From positions 4,469 to 68,468 of the forward strand of contig CAYUHY010000002.1 in assembly GCA_964444615.1 (NCBI GenBank): DNA of 64,000 bases, given 5' to 3'. This DNA comes from an uncultured Candidatus Saccharibacteria bacterium. GTDB lineage: Bacteria > Patescibacteriota > Saccharimonadia > Saccharimonadales > Saccharimonadaceae. Below are positions 38,985 to 49,435 of this stretch, piece by piece (the first letter of the stretch is position 1; every line of letters begins with the position of its first letter). Both the position numbers and the translations under genes were made by a program. Under the pieces are notes generated by a model, which made no database searches, had not been told where the DNA came from, and saw nothing but the letters and a program-made list of their open reading frames with translations.

Positions 38985-39848
38985 TTATTTCTTGCTAAAA
39001 TGCAAATAATTAGTGGTTTCAATAGCGCTAAGCGCGCCCTCACTAGCAGCTACAACGGCCTGTTTGATGGAATTTTCCCGAACATCCCCCGCAGCAAAAA
39101 GACCGTCGAGGGTGGTTTGATGAGGATATTTACTCTCGGCATCAGTGATAATATAGCCCTGGCGAGTCAAAAGCTGATGTTTGGCTGCTAATGGCTGCAG
39201 AAAATCAGTAGCGGGGATTTTGCCGATGTAGACGAAAATATGATCGTAGGGAGCAAGGTTCTCGGGCGTGGGCTCGGTCTGCTCAATGACGTGAATATTA
39301 GTATGCTGAGGCAATCGCTGCAATAATTCTGCATCGGCCTTGAGCTGAGAATGAGTGATAATGGTCACGCTTTGAGCAATGTCGGCGAGGAAGAGAGCCT
39401 CCTGCACTGCCGAATTGGCTCCGCCAATCACGGCGATATTTTTGCCCTTGACGAGAGGGCCGTCGCATAGTGCGCAATAGGATACTGGCGCAGCGGGAGT
39501 GAAACTGAGCTGACGGGGTAAGGAGCCACTAGCCACCAAGACAGTGCGAGCGGATACTGATTCCCCGTCGATAGTAAGCTGAAAATCCTGACCAACTTTG
39601 GCAACTGTGGTACATTCGCCATAGGAGAGCTCGGCGCCGGCTTGCTCGGCTTGCTGACGCATTTGGAGGGCTAGGGCGCGACCACTGCCGCCAGTATAGC
39701 CGGGGTAATTTTCGATCAGGGCAATCTGTGAGACGACGCCGCCAAAATCGGCTTTTTCGTAAACCGAGACAGAGAGTCCGGCGCGGGCAGCATAGAGAGC
39801 CGCCGAGAGCGCAGCCGGACCACCACCGATAATTGCAAGATCGACCAT
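38985..39848 (-). CDS. trxB: Thioredoxin-disulfide reductase-like flavoprotein
   Basis: FAD motif IIGGGPAALSAALYAARAG, redox CALC (YCALCDG), and NADPH motif VIGGANSAVQEA. 287 aa. Confidence 0.75.
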   Translation of the reverse strand: MVDLAIIGGGPAALSAALYAARAGLSVSVYEKADFGGVVSQIALIENYPGYTGGSGRALALQMRQQAEQAGAELSYGECTTVAKVGQDFQLTIDGESVSARTVLVASGSLPRQLSFTPAAPVSYCALCDGPLVKGKNIAVIGGANSAVQEALFLADIAQSVTIITHSQLKADAELLQRLPQHTNIHVIEQTEPTPENLAPYDHIFVYIGKIPATDFLQPLAAKHQLLTRQGYIITDAESKYPHQTTLDGLFAAGDVRENSIKQAVVAASEGALSAIETTNYLHFSKK

Positions 39849-40567
39849 TAGCTTTGACTACCCATGTAAGCAGTGTAGAGACGATAATAGATATCTTCGC
39901 GCTCTTTCAGAAGGTCGGTGAGGCTTTCGTCTACTGGGAGCGCCATCACGACGTACCGGAGCGGGGCGTTGCTCATGCCACAGTATTTGTCTCCCACGGA
40001 ATCACCGTAGGCCATTTCGCCGGGCACCGAGAGCTGTCGGACGCCACCCAACTTCATGCCCACCACGCCTTGGGTCCAGCCCTCAATCAAACTGCTGGGT
40101 TGGATTAGTGGCGACTTGAGACTCTTGGGATTAGTCTTGTGCTCTTCGTCTTCATAGTTGAATGAGGAGTCCAAGATACTGCCATCAGGGCACCAACCGA
40201 TATAATAGGCCATATAATCAGTATCACCCTCGGTGAGTTGTTTGCCGGTACCTTCTTTGAGGTCTTCGATCTGGAGTTTTTCGCTATTGGCTCGAGCAGC
40301 ATTGAAGCTTTTGACCTGCTTTTGATAGGATAGAAGTTCATCGAAATGCTTGGGGGAGAGTGCTTCGGCGGCGGTTTCGATTTCTTTGCCCTTGGCCGTG
40401 AGTTCTTCTTCGAGGGCAGCCACGCGTTCTTCGTTACTCTGTTTACCACTATTACTGCTCATAACGATAAACATGTATGTGAGTACGGTAGAGCTAAGCA
40501 GCAAAATTGCTACGATAATAATCACAATTCTCTGCCAGAGGCTGGTTTTTAATTCTTTTGCGTCCAT
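39848..40567 (-). CDS. FKBP-type peptidyl-prolyl isomerase, membrane-anchored
   Basis: N-terminal TM. C-terminal FKBP motifs (YIGWCPDGSILDSS, IEGWTQGVVGMKLGGVRQLSVPGEMAYG). The stop overlaps the trxB start (TAATG). Confidence 0.75.
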   Translation of the reverse strand: MDAKELKTSLWQRIVIIIVAILLLSSTVLTYMFIVMSSNSGKQSNEERVAALEEELTAKGKEIETAAEALSPKHFDELLSYQKQVKSFNAARANSEKLQIEDLKEGTGKQLTEGDTDYMAYYIGWCPDGSILDSSFNYEDEEHKTNPKSLKSPLIQPSSLIEGWTQGVVGMKLGGVRQLSVPGEMAYGDSVGDKYCGMSNAPLRYVVMALPVDESLTDLLKEREDIYYRLYTAYMGSQS

Positions 40568-40614
40568 CTTGTCCTTTTCATCTGTATTAAAATTAATCTT
40601 GCGCTAAATTACCC

Positions 40615-43188
40615 TTAAATCACCATGGCACCGATTTTGGCGGCAGCCTCAATCACGGCAGTCATAATCGTAGTGATTTCGGTGGCGTCTAGAGTGTGTT
40701 CGGGGCTAGAAAACTTGAGTCGGAATGAATAATTCTTGTGCTCAGTATCAGCTTGGTAAATTGATAGGGGTTGCACAGAATAGATGAGATGCTGGCGCTT
40801 GAGAGCCTTGTAAATCTCATCGCTCACGCGGCCAAAAGGCAGATCTGTGGCCACCTTAAAGGTAACGTCTCGTTCCACGGATGGGAATTTGGACATTTTG
40901 ACATCAACGGCAATATCGGGTTGCAGATTAACGACTTCGTCGAGCTCAATTTCGGCGGCGCTGATAGTCTGGTCGAGCTTGAAGCGGCGCAAAACGGCAG
41001 CTTTGACTTCGCCAAAGGCGCCAATTCTCTTACCGCCGGCTAATAATTCGACCGAGCGAACCGGCTCTAAATAAGGATAGAGCTTGGTGGATTCAGAACC
41101 AGGGGCCATGCGGACGTATTCGATGTCGATTTTGAGACCGCGCTCGAGGGCGGCAAAAATCTTGGCTTTGAGGGCGTAGTAATCACCTAGAGAGACAATG
41201 CCTAAATCGGTCTTTACGGTAGGTACGTCATCCGCATCCAGACCATATTGGCGGCCGGTGACTTGGTTCATTTCGTAAATGGTGAAATTTTTGTGGCCAG
41301 ATTTGATATTTTCGCGCACTTTGTCTAAGAGGCTAGGGACGATTTGCTGGCGGAAACATTGCAACTCCGGGGAAATCGAATTGATGATTTCGTAGCTGTT
41401 TTCGAGATTTTGGCCGACTTTTTCGAGAAGACTGCGGCTCACGAAGGAATAGGTAAGCAGCTCGTTCATAGCCAGGCGATGCGAGAGAATACCACGGAGA
41501 TTCTGTTTGAGCTGGAGCATGGGGGCGATTTCAGTGCCAGAAAAAGGTTTTTCGGGCAGGGTAAGGGCAATATTATCGTAGCCCAAGAGGCGGCCAACTT
41601 CCTCAATAATATCCTCGGGGATATGAATATCGGTACGCCAAACCGGGGCGGTTACTTCTAATTCTGCATTAACAGAGGTAGATGCATTTAGAGGCTGTTT
41701 TTGGGTCGCTGGTGAGGTTTTTGCCTCGGAGCTTGGTGTTACCGCACTTTTGACCGCACTGGCCTTAGAAGCGGTTTTTGAGGCCTCTGCGGGCATTTTG
41801 CTTATGATTTTTACCTGAAAACCGACGTTTTCGAGGGTACGGATAATGGTGTCGGTGTCATAATTAGTGCCGAGAAGGCCATTGATAGCTAATGTTGTAA
41901 TTTTTACAACATTTTCGGTGCGGTCAGCAACCCATTCATCTACTACGGCGAGCGGCGTGACGGATTTGCCTAGCTCTGCGATTGTCTCCGCTAGGACTGG
42001 AAAAGTCATCGCAGCAGGCTGACCCTTGGTGAAGCGGGTGATCGCCTCAGAAAAGATACCATGCGCCATCTGGGTTTTGCGCAGATTATAGAGAGAAAAG
42101 GTAGCACTTTCTAAGACCACACGCTGAGTGGAGGCATCGATTTCGGTGTTTTTGCCGCCCATCGCTCCGGCGAGAGCGACAGGGACGTTATTGCTAGTGA
42201 TTAAAATATCTTCTGGGATACATTCGATAGTTTTGCCGTCGAGGAGTTGCAGAGTTTCTCCAGCTTCGGCGGCACGCACGATGATCTGCGGAGTCTTGGT
42301 GCCACCTACGGTGATTAATTTGTCGTAGTCAAAAGCATGCAAAGGCTGTCCGGTGCGAAGCATGATCATATTGGTGAGGTCGACAATCGGATCGATGGAG
42401 CGCATGCCGGCTTTGGCCAAGAAGACATCACCGTAATAAGTGAGATATTTAGCTTTGTCGTGTTTAGGGAGATCGAAGACGGCACAGGAATAGCGCGGAC
42501 AGAGAGTCTTATCAGCGATCTTGACAGTGATCGGTAAATCTTGTACGAGAGCTAATTCTGGCCAAGTAGGCTCGGTAAAAGGCTGCCCCAGAATTCCTGC
42601 CACTTCGCGAGCAAAACCAATCAGGCCAAAGCAGTCAGGGCGGTGAGTGAGGGATTTATTCTCGACGTCGAGGATAATATCATTGAGCTCAAACACATCC
42701 GCAAAGCTATCGCCAGGTTTGGCCATATTGGGGTTAATCTCGACGATACCCTCGTGATCAGTACCGAGGTCTAGCTCATCGGCGGCCGCGAGCATACCAT
42801 TAGAATCGTAACCGCGCAACTTGCGCACACTGAGCTTGAAATTTTCGTTGCCGTAGGTCTGCGGAACGATGCTGCCAGGCGCAATCCAAGCTGCAAGCAT
42901 ACCTGCATGGACATTAGGGGCGCCGCAAACTACTTGAATCAGGCCGCCTTTTTCGGCTAGCTCCGTGCGCATACCACCAGCGTCGATTTTGCATAAGTGG
43001 AGATGAGTATCAGGGATTTTTTCTTCAGAGACCACCTTGACGATGTAGATTCCTTTGTATTTGGGTGCCAAATCAGTCGCGGATTCTACCTCGACCAGCC
43101 GTGTACCGATGAGGTCGATAAGCTCTTGATCGGTCTGCGGGATTGGGGTTTGTAAATATTTTTTAATTTCATTGAGCGAAATCAACAT
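40615..43188 (-). CDS. pheT: Phenylalanine--tRNA ligase beta subunit, with a ~45-aa Ala/Ser/Thr/Lys-rich insertion
   Basis: 857 aa with the tRNA-binding, B3/4, B5 and C-terminal domain order. The insertion is AEASKTASKASAVKSAVTPSSEAKTSPATQKQPLNASTSVN. Confidence 0.9.
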   Translation of the reverse strand: MLISLNEIKKYLQTPIPQTDQELIDLIGTRLVEVESATDLAPKYKGIYIVKVVSEEKIPDTHLHLCKIDAGGMRTELAEKGGLIQVVCGAPNVHAGMLAAWIAPGSIVPQTYGNENFKLSVRKLRGYDSNGMLAAADELDLGTDHEGIVEINPNMAKPGDSFADVFELNDIILDVENKSLTHRPDCFGLIGFAREVAGILGQPFTEPTWPELALVQDLPITVKIADKTLCPRYSCAVFDLPKHDKAKYLTYYGDVFLAKAGMRSIDPIVDLTNMIMLRTGQPLHAFDYDKLITVGGTKTPQIIVRAAEAGETLQLLDGKTIECIPEDILITSNNVPVALAGAMGGKNTEIDASTQRVVLESATFSLYNLRKTQMAHGIFSEAITRFTKGQPAAMTFPVLAETIAELGKSVTPLAVVDEWVADRTENVVKITTLAINGLLGTNYDTDTIIRTLENVGFQVKIISKMPAEASKTASKASAVKSAVTPSSEAKTSPATQKQPLNASTSVNAELEVTAPVWRTDIHIPEDIIEEVGRLLGYDNIALTLPEKPFSGTEIAPMLQLKQNLRGILSHRLAMNELLTYSFVSRSLLEKVGQNLENSYEIINSISPELQCFRQQIVPSLLDKVRENIKSGHKNFTIYEMNQVTGRQYGLDADDVPTVKTDLGIVSLGDYYALKAKIFAALERGLKIDIEYVRMAPGSESTKLYPYLEPVRSVELLAGGKRIGAFGEVKAAVLRRFKLDQTISAAEIELDEVVNLQPDIAVDVKMSKFPSVERDVTFKVATDLPFGRVSDEIYKALKRQHLIYSVQPLSIYQADTEHKNYSFRLKFSSPEHTLDATEITTIMTAVIEAAAKIGAMVI
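41892..41912. repeat. Palindrome family copy P4, inside the pheT coding sequence
   Basis: ATGTTGTAATTTTTACAACAT is read in frame on the - strand within AAT GTT GTA AAA ATT ACA ACA TTA (N V V K I T T L). Confidence 0.9.
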
Positions 43189-43189
43189 G

Positions 43190-44137
43190 TTAGAATTCCT
43201 CCAAAAAATCTAGTTTACCAGATTCAAAATAGCGCACGTCGGTGAGACTGTATTTGAGCATGACTAGACGGTCGATGCCGCCACCCCAGGCAAAGCCGTG
43301 ATAAATAGTCGGATCGATGCCGGCCATTTTTAGAACATTGGGATGAATCATGCCGCAACCCAACATTTCTAGCCAATCGCCACCTTTGCCGCCTAGCGAG
43401 GCAGGCTTTTCGATTAGCAGCTCGGCTGAAGGCTCGGTAAACGGAAAATAGCCCGGCTGGGTTTTGATATTCAGCTTTTGACCATAGTATAATTCAAAGA
43501 AATTCTTGAGCACGCCAAACATCTGACCCATCGTGGCGTCTTTGGAGACGAAAACGCCCTCACACTGATAAAAAGTGTGTTCGTGGGTAGCATCGGCATC
43601 TTCGTTGCGGAAGACGCGGCCCGGAATCACGACAGCAATCTGGCCACCGTTTTCGAGATCTTTTTTGTATTTTTTGAGTGCGCGATGTTGCATGGTAGAA
43701 GTGTGGGCGGGCGGAATGAGACCCTCGGCGGTACGAAAAGTATCGTAGCCATCTCGCGCCGGATGGCCCTTGGAGAAATTCAGGCTATCAAACATGTGGA
43801 ACTCGTCGTCGAGCTGCTGAGATTCGATGACATTAAAACCCATATTGGAGTAAATGCCGATGACGCGATCTAGCTCGGTCATGAGCGGATGCTCGGTACC
43901 CAGCGACAAATCGATAATCGGCTGGTTGGGCGCACAGGGGGCCGAAACATCAAGCGGCTCTACGGTTTCGCTTTCTAAGGCTTCTTCGGCTGCGGCGATT
44001 TGACTCAGTAAAGTTTGTTTTTTGGCATTGATGGTACGCCCAAACTCGCCCCGCTCAGCGGGAGGCAAAGTCTTAATCTTAGCATATTCGGCATTAAGAT
44101 TTTTTAGTTCCAATTTTAACTTCTCTAGCTCTGACAT
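43190..44137 (-). CDS. pheS: Phenylalanine--tRNA ligase alpha subunit
   Basis: Class II motifs (FRNEDADATHEHTFYQCEG and GFAWGGGIDRL). Start at ATG 44137, 6 nt after GTGTGCTATAAT (44144-44155). Confidence 0.9.
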   Translation of the reverse strand: MSELEKLKLELKNLNAEYAKIKTLPPAERGEFGRTINAKKQTLLSQIAAAEEALESETVEPLDVSAPCAPNQPIIDLSLGTEHPLMTELDRVIGIYSNMGFNVIESQQLDDEFHMFDSLNFSKGHPARDGYDTFRTAEGLIPPAHTSTMQHRALKKYKKDLENGGQIAVVIPGRVFRNEDADATHEHTFYQCEGVFVSKDATMGQMFGVLKNFFELYYGQKLNIKTQPGYFPFTEPSAELLIEKPASLGGKGGDWLEMLGCGMIHPNVLKMAGIDPTIYHGFAWGGGIDRLVMLKYSLTDVRYFESGKLDFLEEF

Positions 44138-44239
44138 AGTAAAATTATAGCACACTTTAGGGAGTTTCTGGAAGAAAGTAAATTGGGGATCGGAGATCCT
44201 GTTACGGAAATGGCAATTCTGAGTTTAGAAAGCTTAAAA

Positions 44240-44464
44240 TTAGATAAAAATAATACAGAAGACGGAAATCAAAGCCAACACGATAAGAATAATCCAAACC
44301 CAGGTAAATTTACCGGTTTTCTTGGTATTTTCCATATACGCAGCGTCTTCGACATAGTCCGGATCATCGCGCTCAGCACTCTGGGCTCTCGCTCGTAAAT
44401 CGGCAGAAATTCTTCGGTTTAGCTCCGAATTGCGATCTAGGTCCTTTGACATCATTATTCCCAT
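44240..44464 (-). CDS. Small tail-anchored membrane protein (74 aa)
   Basis: Charged N-terminal half and a C-terminal TM (FTWVWIILIVLALISVFCIIFI). Weak AAAGGA RBS. Confidence 0.4.
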   Translation of the reverse strand: MGIMMSKDLDRNSELNRRISADLRARAQSAERDDPDYVEDAAYMENTKKTGKFTWVWIILIVLALISVFCIIFI

Positions 44465-44558
44465 ATCATTCCTTTACAATTTAAAACTTTTCACTTCCCA
44501 ATTGTATCATACATGTGCTATAATGGCATAAATAATAGTTTTTTAAGGAGGTTATTTA

Positions 44559-45527
44559 ATGGCCAATCAAAAGCCGAAAAAATCTGGAAAGAAAGATTCC
44601 CAGGCAGAACCGAAAAAAGATCTGAAAGAGACGAAAGACGTCAAAGAGGTCAAAGATACCAAAACTACCAAAGAAGCTACAGAGACTAAGGCCACCGTCA
44701 AAGTTGAGGCGAACCAAAATCCTATGAAGGGTTTCTTTGCGCGCAAGTACGGCGAAGGTGAGAATATTTTAACAATTTTTAAGACGCCAAAGATTTGGGG
44801 TGCGTTGCTAGGTGAGGTCATTGGTACCATGCTATTAGTGATGCTTTTATTGACTCTAGGTGTGCAGCCACTTTATCTCTGGATGGGCGTACTAGTAATT
44901 TATGCGATTATCTTTGGAGTCTCTGGCGCCAATCTTAACCCATTGATTACTGCAGGTATGATGGCAACTCGCCGCATGTCTGCCATTCGTGGTATTCTCT
45001 ACATGCTAGCACAACTACTCGGAGCTTGGATTGGATTAATTCTGATCAATGCTTTCCGTCTCGGTAGTGGTACCAGCGCAGAATTGCCAATCATGACCGA
45101 AGTGAAGGGCGAGACCTTCTGGGCAGTTGCTTTGGTAGAGCTCGTAGGTGCAATTATTATTGCATTTTGCTTCGCACGAGCACTCAAGTTCTCTCATCGT
45201 AATCCGGTAGCGATGGGCTTAGTAATGGGCGGTGGTATTACACTAGCAGTGATTTTTGGCATCGTAGTAGCACAAAGCTTCTTCGGCATGCAAAATAGTT
45301 TTATCTTTAACCCAGTAGCAGCTTTGATGTATCAAGTTCTTCCTACAGCTGCGGAGAATTTTGGTGAATTAGCACAGATGGCTGGTTTAGCTGCTGCAGC
45401 TTACGTCATCTTCCCGATTGTTGGCGGTATCGTAGGTTTCTATGTCTCAGACATTATGACTCGTCTAGCTGGCGATGGTTATAGCTGTGATTATGACAAT
45501 AATTCCATTGAATCTTATAATAAATAA
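44559..45527 (+). CDS. MIP/aquaporin-family channel with Lys-rich N-terminal extension and non-canonical NPA boxes
   Basis: SGANLNPLIT and FIFNPVAAL sit at the two half-helix positions. 6 TM segments. AAGGAGG RBS and TGTGCTATAAT promoter. Confidence 0.7.
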   Translation: MANQKPKKSGKKDSQAEPKKDLKETKDVKEVKDTKTTKEATETKATVKVEANQNPMKGFFARKYGEGENILTIFKTPKIWGALLGEVIGTMLLVMLLLTLGVQPLYLWMGVLVIYAIIFGVSGANLNPLITAGMMATRRMSAIRGILYMLAQLLGAWIGLILINAFRLGSGTSAELPIMTEVKGETFWAVALVELVGAIIIAFCFARALKFSHRNPVAMGLVMGGGITLAVIFGIVVAQSFFGMQNSFIFNPVAALMYQVLPTAAENFGELAQMAGLAAAAYVIFPIVGGIVGFYVSDIMTRLAGDGYSCDYDNNSIESYNK

Positions 45528-45688
45528 TATTTGACGGGATTTTCACCGACTCCCAGCCTACGGCTGGGAGTTTTGGTTGGGATGATTTTTGAGATAAATT
45601 ATGAGAATGTAGGGTGGACTGTGAGGATGTTGTGAGGGTGTTGCGGGGATGTCGTGAGAGTGATGTTGCGAAAATGTTTTTTGCAAGA

Positions 45689-45709
45689 ATGTTGTATTTT
45701 TTACAACAT
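45689..45709. repeat. Palindrome family copy P5 (ATGTTGTATTTTTTACAACAT)
   Basis: 8-bp arms, downstream of the MIP gene. It is preceded by degenerate GRTGTTGYG repeats (45620-45690). Confidence 0.85.
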
Positions 45710-45812
45710 TTTATTTGAGGTTTTGTTTGATATGGGATTGTGATTTATTTTATAGTAGTTTATCCTGTTTAGAGTTACTGACAATTTGGGAAATTTTTGT
45801 TATAATAATTTT

Positions 45813-47768
45813 ATGGTTAAAAACCGCTCAGAAGCTAAGTCTTCAGAACCATCTTCTCGCAAGCGAAGTCGAATTCAGCGCGGTCTGCATCCGATGCCGG
45901 CTTTTTTGCGTGTGTCTTGTACAATACTTTTTTTGATGGTGATTTCGATCTTTTTTACCTGGTTTATTTTTTGGCGGCAAAACTTATGTGATGCTGATGC
46001 AGCTTGGAAATTCGTACAAGAAAAACCAGTTTTGGCTGAATATAGCTATTTGGTAGTGTTTTGTTTGCTGACGGTAATAGCGGCAGTAACTTGGCGGCCG
46101 TTTTTTAGCGCGGGACTTTTCTTCTGTATTATTAGCGTGATTACTTTTATTCACATTCAGAAATTTAATCTGCGGGCGGCGCCGCTATTGCCAGAAGAAT
46201 TCCAGATGGCGGATTCGGTGGGTAATTTAATCGAATTTATTGATATCGAAGCGATGTGGCGGTTGATTTTTGGGGTGATTTTTACTCTGGCTGGTTCGAT
46301 ACTTGCTGAATATTATGTGCGAAAATTCTGCGGACGCAATCCGCGTAGGTTGGCTTGGTGGGACCGAATTGCTTTGGTGCCGCGAGTGACTTTTTCGATG
46401 ATTGCTTTGGCATTACTGTCTACTGTTGCGGGAGTCGTGATTAACCGGCGTGATACGAGCTGGCTAAAGGGTCTGAATCTCATCGCTTGGAACCAAACTG
46501 ATAATTACGAAGAAAATGGTTTTATTATTGGGTTTCTATATAATATGGGCAACGATGAAGCGAAGCGGCCTGATGATTATAGCCAAGAGGCGATTTATGA
46601 AATTGCGGACAAATATCGCGAGCGTAAAGCGGCGGATACCGGTCGCGAAGATTGGGACGAGGTAATTGATAATTTAGTGATTATTCTGAATGAGAGTTTT
46701 TATGATCCAACGCTGCTGACGGAGCATTACAGCCATTCGGGCGGTGATGTGACGCCGGTTTTGCACCGCATTTTCCAGGAATATCCTAGTGGCTACATGT
46801 ATTCTCCGGAGTATGGCGGCAATACAGCAAATGTGGAGTTTGAGGTGCAGACGGGACTTTCTAATTATTGGGCAATGTCGTTCCCTTATGTAAACTCGGT
46901 TTCTAAAATGGATACTTTGCTAAGTGCGGCGGATTATGGTAAAAATATGTATGATTTTAATACTTTGGGAATTCATTCGTACGATGGGACGATGTACAAA
47001 CGCAACTTGGTTTATCGCATCTTGGGATATGATGATTTCATCGACAGCTCGACTATGAAACACACCGAGCGGGAGAATGCCAGTACGGTGATTAACGATC
47101 GATCAATTTATCAAGAAATTATTGATATGCTGGAGGAGAATAAAAATCCGCAAGTGATTGGTGCGGTGACGATGCAAAATCACGCGCCTTATGCGCAAGC
47201 AAAATACGACAAGATTCAGTTCCCGCTCTACAATCGGATTGATGACTGGGTTTTGATCGAAGCGAGCTTCCAGAGTTTACACGAGTCGGATAAATATCTG
47301 GGCGAATTCTTAGAGCAAATTGATGAACTTGATGAACGCACGGTAGTGTTGTGGTTTGGGGATCATGCCGCGGGCGTATTGGAGTCATACATTTCTTCGG
47401 AAGACAAGGACGAGGTGAATATTGCGCATCTCACGCCGTATTTCGTCTATGCTAATTTTGAAATCGAAAGTCCCTACACGATGAGGACCACTGCTAAGCT
47501 TAATCGCGAGCAAGGTTTCGTGTTCCCGACTTACGGAGTGGATCTTCCTACTGTGACGCCGAATTGCCTACTAAATACTGTATATAATATATTAAATATT
47601 AGCAAGCCGTCCCTATATTATTTGGTGGATGATGTTTGCGAAAAAGTGCCGATCTTGGCGCGTTCTTACCAAGATGGCAAAAGCGTAGAAAATATTCCAG
47701 CCTTGAGAGCTTACCAGCTAGTGAATTACGATATTCTGAATGGTGAGCGGTATTGGGATGGGTCGTAG
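45813..47768 (+). CDS. LtaS-like sulfatase-family membrane enzyme (phosphoglycerol-transferase type)
   Basis: N-terminal 5-TM region plus an extracytoplasmic domain with VIILNESFYDP and VLWFGDH motifs. ATG 45813 lies 6 nt after TGTTATAAT. Confidence 0.65.
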   Translation: MVKNRSEAKSSEPSSRKRSRIQRGLHPMPAFLRVSCTILFLMVISIFFTWFIFWRQNLCDADAAWKFVQEKPVLAEYSYLVVFCLLTVIAAVTWRPFFSAGLFFCIISVITFIHIQKFNLRAAPLLPEEFQMADSVGNLIEFIDIEAMWRLIFGVIFTLAGSILAEYYVRKFCGRNPRRLAWWDRIALVPRVTFSMIALALLSTVAGVVINRRDTSWLKGLNLIAWNQTDNYEENGFIIGFLYNMGNDEAKRPDDYSQEAIYEIADKYRERKAADTGREDWDEVIDNLVIILNESFYDPTLLTEHYSHSGGDVTPVLHRIFQEYPSGYMYSPEYGGNTANVEFEVQTGLSNYWAMSFPYVNSVSKMDTLLSAADYGKNMYDFNTLGIHSYDGTMYKRNLVYRILGYDDFIDSSTMKHTERENASTVINDRSIYQEIIDMLEENKNPQVIGAVTMQNHAPYAQAKYDKIQFPLYNRIDDWVLIEASFQSLHESDKYLGEFLEQIDELDERTVVLWFGDHAAGVLESYISSEDKDEVNIAHLTPYFVYANFEIESPYTMRTTAKLNREQGFVFPTYGVDLPTVTPNCLLNTVYNILNISKPSLYYLVDDVCEKVPILARSYQDGKSVENIPALRAYQLVNYDILNGERYWDGS

Positions 47769-47808
47769 GCGACTGTAGAGTCTATATGTGATTGCGCTCT
47801 GGAGAAAA

Positions 47809-47829
47809 ATGTTGTAAAAATTACAACAT
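47809..47829. repeat. Palindrome family copy P6
   Basis: ATGTTGTAAAAATTACAACAT lies between the convergent LtaS-like and metG genes. Confidence 0.9.
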
Positions 47830-48013
47830 TTTGATGGGGGCTGAGGGCTACTGTTGGAGGTGTGGAGTTTGAGTATGTTTAAGTGGATTTCGCGGAGTGG
47901 GGTTTAACTGGATTATTATATAATGATGGTAGGCTTTCTAACTAGAATGCCTTAAAGAAGAGCAAAAATCCCCACGCTAACGGTAGGGATTTCTGGCGTT
48001 AATGATAGCTGTT

Positions 48014-49435
48014 TTAGTTTTTTGGGAAAAGCGGTTCAGCAGGAGGGGTAACTTGCTCAGCGGTAAAAATCTGGGTGATTTTTGCGCCGGTCTCGGGTAA
48101 GAAAATCGTGAGCATTTGATTAGCAAGCAATAGTTCACGTTCGAGATTTTGCAAAACTTCAGCCACACGCTCTGATTCCCCGTTTTTGGCAAGTTCCCAA
48201 GGCTTTTGTTCGTCGATGTCTTTGTTGATTTGCTGGACTTTGCTCCAAGCGTAATCAAAAGCTTTGGAAAATTCAAAATTATCCATCAGTGCGCAAAACT
48301 CGGGGTCTAATTTCTCGTCGCTAAGATTTACGCCGCCGATGCGATTCTTCTGACACAAGGTAGCTAAACGCTGCACGAGATTGCCCAGGTCATTGGCGAG
48401 TTCATTATTATAAGCATTCTCAAACTTTTCGTCGGTAAAATCAGAGTCGGCAAAAGAATCAATATGACGCAAGAAGAAATAGCGAAAAGCCGGGAGACCT
48501 TTGCGGGAAAGCACTTCCATCGGATCGACGACATTGCCGATACTTTTGCTCATTTTTTGCCCCGAAGCTAAGACGTGACCATGAGCGACAAGGTTGCGTG
48601 GCAATTCCAAGCCTAAGCCCAGCAAAATTGCCGGCCAAGTAATAGCATGAAAACGCAAGATGTCTTTGCCCACGAATTGGGCTTGCGCCGGCCAATATTC
48701 TGGTAAATCAGTACCATCTGGATACCCTAGGACACTGATATAGTTCGACAGGGCATCAATCCAGACATACATGACCTGATCTTCGTCGCCAGGGACAGGA
48801 ATACCCCACGATAGTTGCTTGCGCGGGCGCGAGATAGAGATATCGGGCGCATCCTCGAGCAGGCGGAGCATTTCTTGCTTGCGGAACTCGGGAGTGATTT
48901 TCATGCGTCCAGACTCGATGGCGGCCTGAATTTGCGGCTTAAAATCGTCGATGCGCAGATAATAATTACTCTCGGAAAGCTGCTGGTAAGGTTTCTGGTG
49001 ATCAGGGCAGCAGCCGTCATTCTCAGCGTATTCTTTTTCTGTCACAAAACGTTCACAGCCCTCACAATACCAACCATTATATTCGGAACGGTAAATATGC
49101 GGTTCGAGCTGTTTCCAAACCGCCTGGCAAGTCTCGATATGCTGAGGATCGGTAGTGCGAATAAAATCGGTATAAGAGATATCCAAGCCATCAATAAACT
49201 GGCGGAATTTGTCGGCGTTGGTGCGGACATATTCTTCGACAGGGACGCCGTTTTTTTGCGCAGTACTAAAGACTTTGTTGCCGTGTTCATCTGTACCGAC
49301 CTGGAATTTCACCTCATCGCCGCGCGCACGACAATAACGCGCGTAGGTATCAGCCAAGAGGTAATCCATGGCATGACCAATGTGAGGGTTACCGTTGACA
49401 TATGGAATAGCTGTACAGATATAAACTTTTGACAT
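48014..49435 (-). CDS. metG: Methionine--tRNA ligase (short form)
   Basis: HIGH (NGNPHIGHA) and KMSKS motifs, plus CEGC...CCPDH zinc knuckles. ATG lies 9 nt after TGTGCTATAAT (49445-49456). Confidence 0.9.
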   Translation of the reverse strand: MSKVYICTAIPYVNGNPHIGHAMDYLLADTYARYCRARGDEVKFQVGTDEHGNKVFSTAQKNGVPVEEYVRTNADKFRQFIDGLDISYTDFIRTTDPQHIETCQAVWKQLEPHIYRSEYNGWYCEGCERFVTEKEYAENDGCCPDHQKPYQQLSESNYYLRIDDFKPQIQAAIESGRMKITPEFRKQEMLRLLEDAPDISISRPRKQLSWGIPVPGDEDQVMYVWIDALSNYISVLGYPDGTDLPEYWPAQAQFVGKDILRFHAITWPAILLGLGLELPRNLVAHGHVLASGQKMSKSIGNVVDPMEVLSRKGLPAFRYFFLRHIDSFADSDFTDEKFENAYNNELANDLGNLVQRLATLCQKNRIGGVNLSDEKLDPEFCALMDNFEFSKAFDYAWSKVQQINKDIDEQKPWELAKNGESERVAEVLQNLERELLLANQMLTIFLPETGAKITQIFTAEQVTPPAEPLFPKN

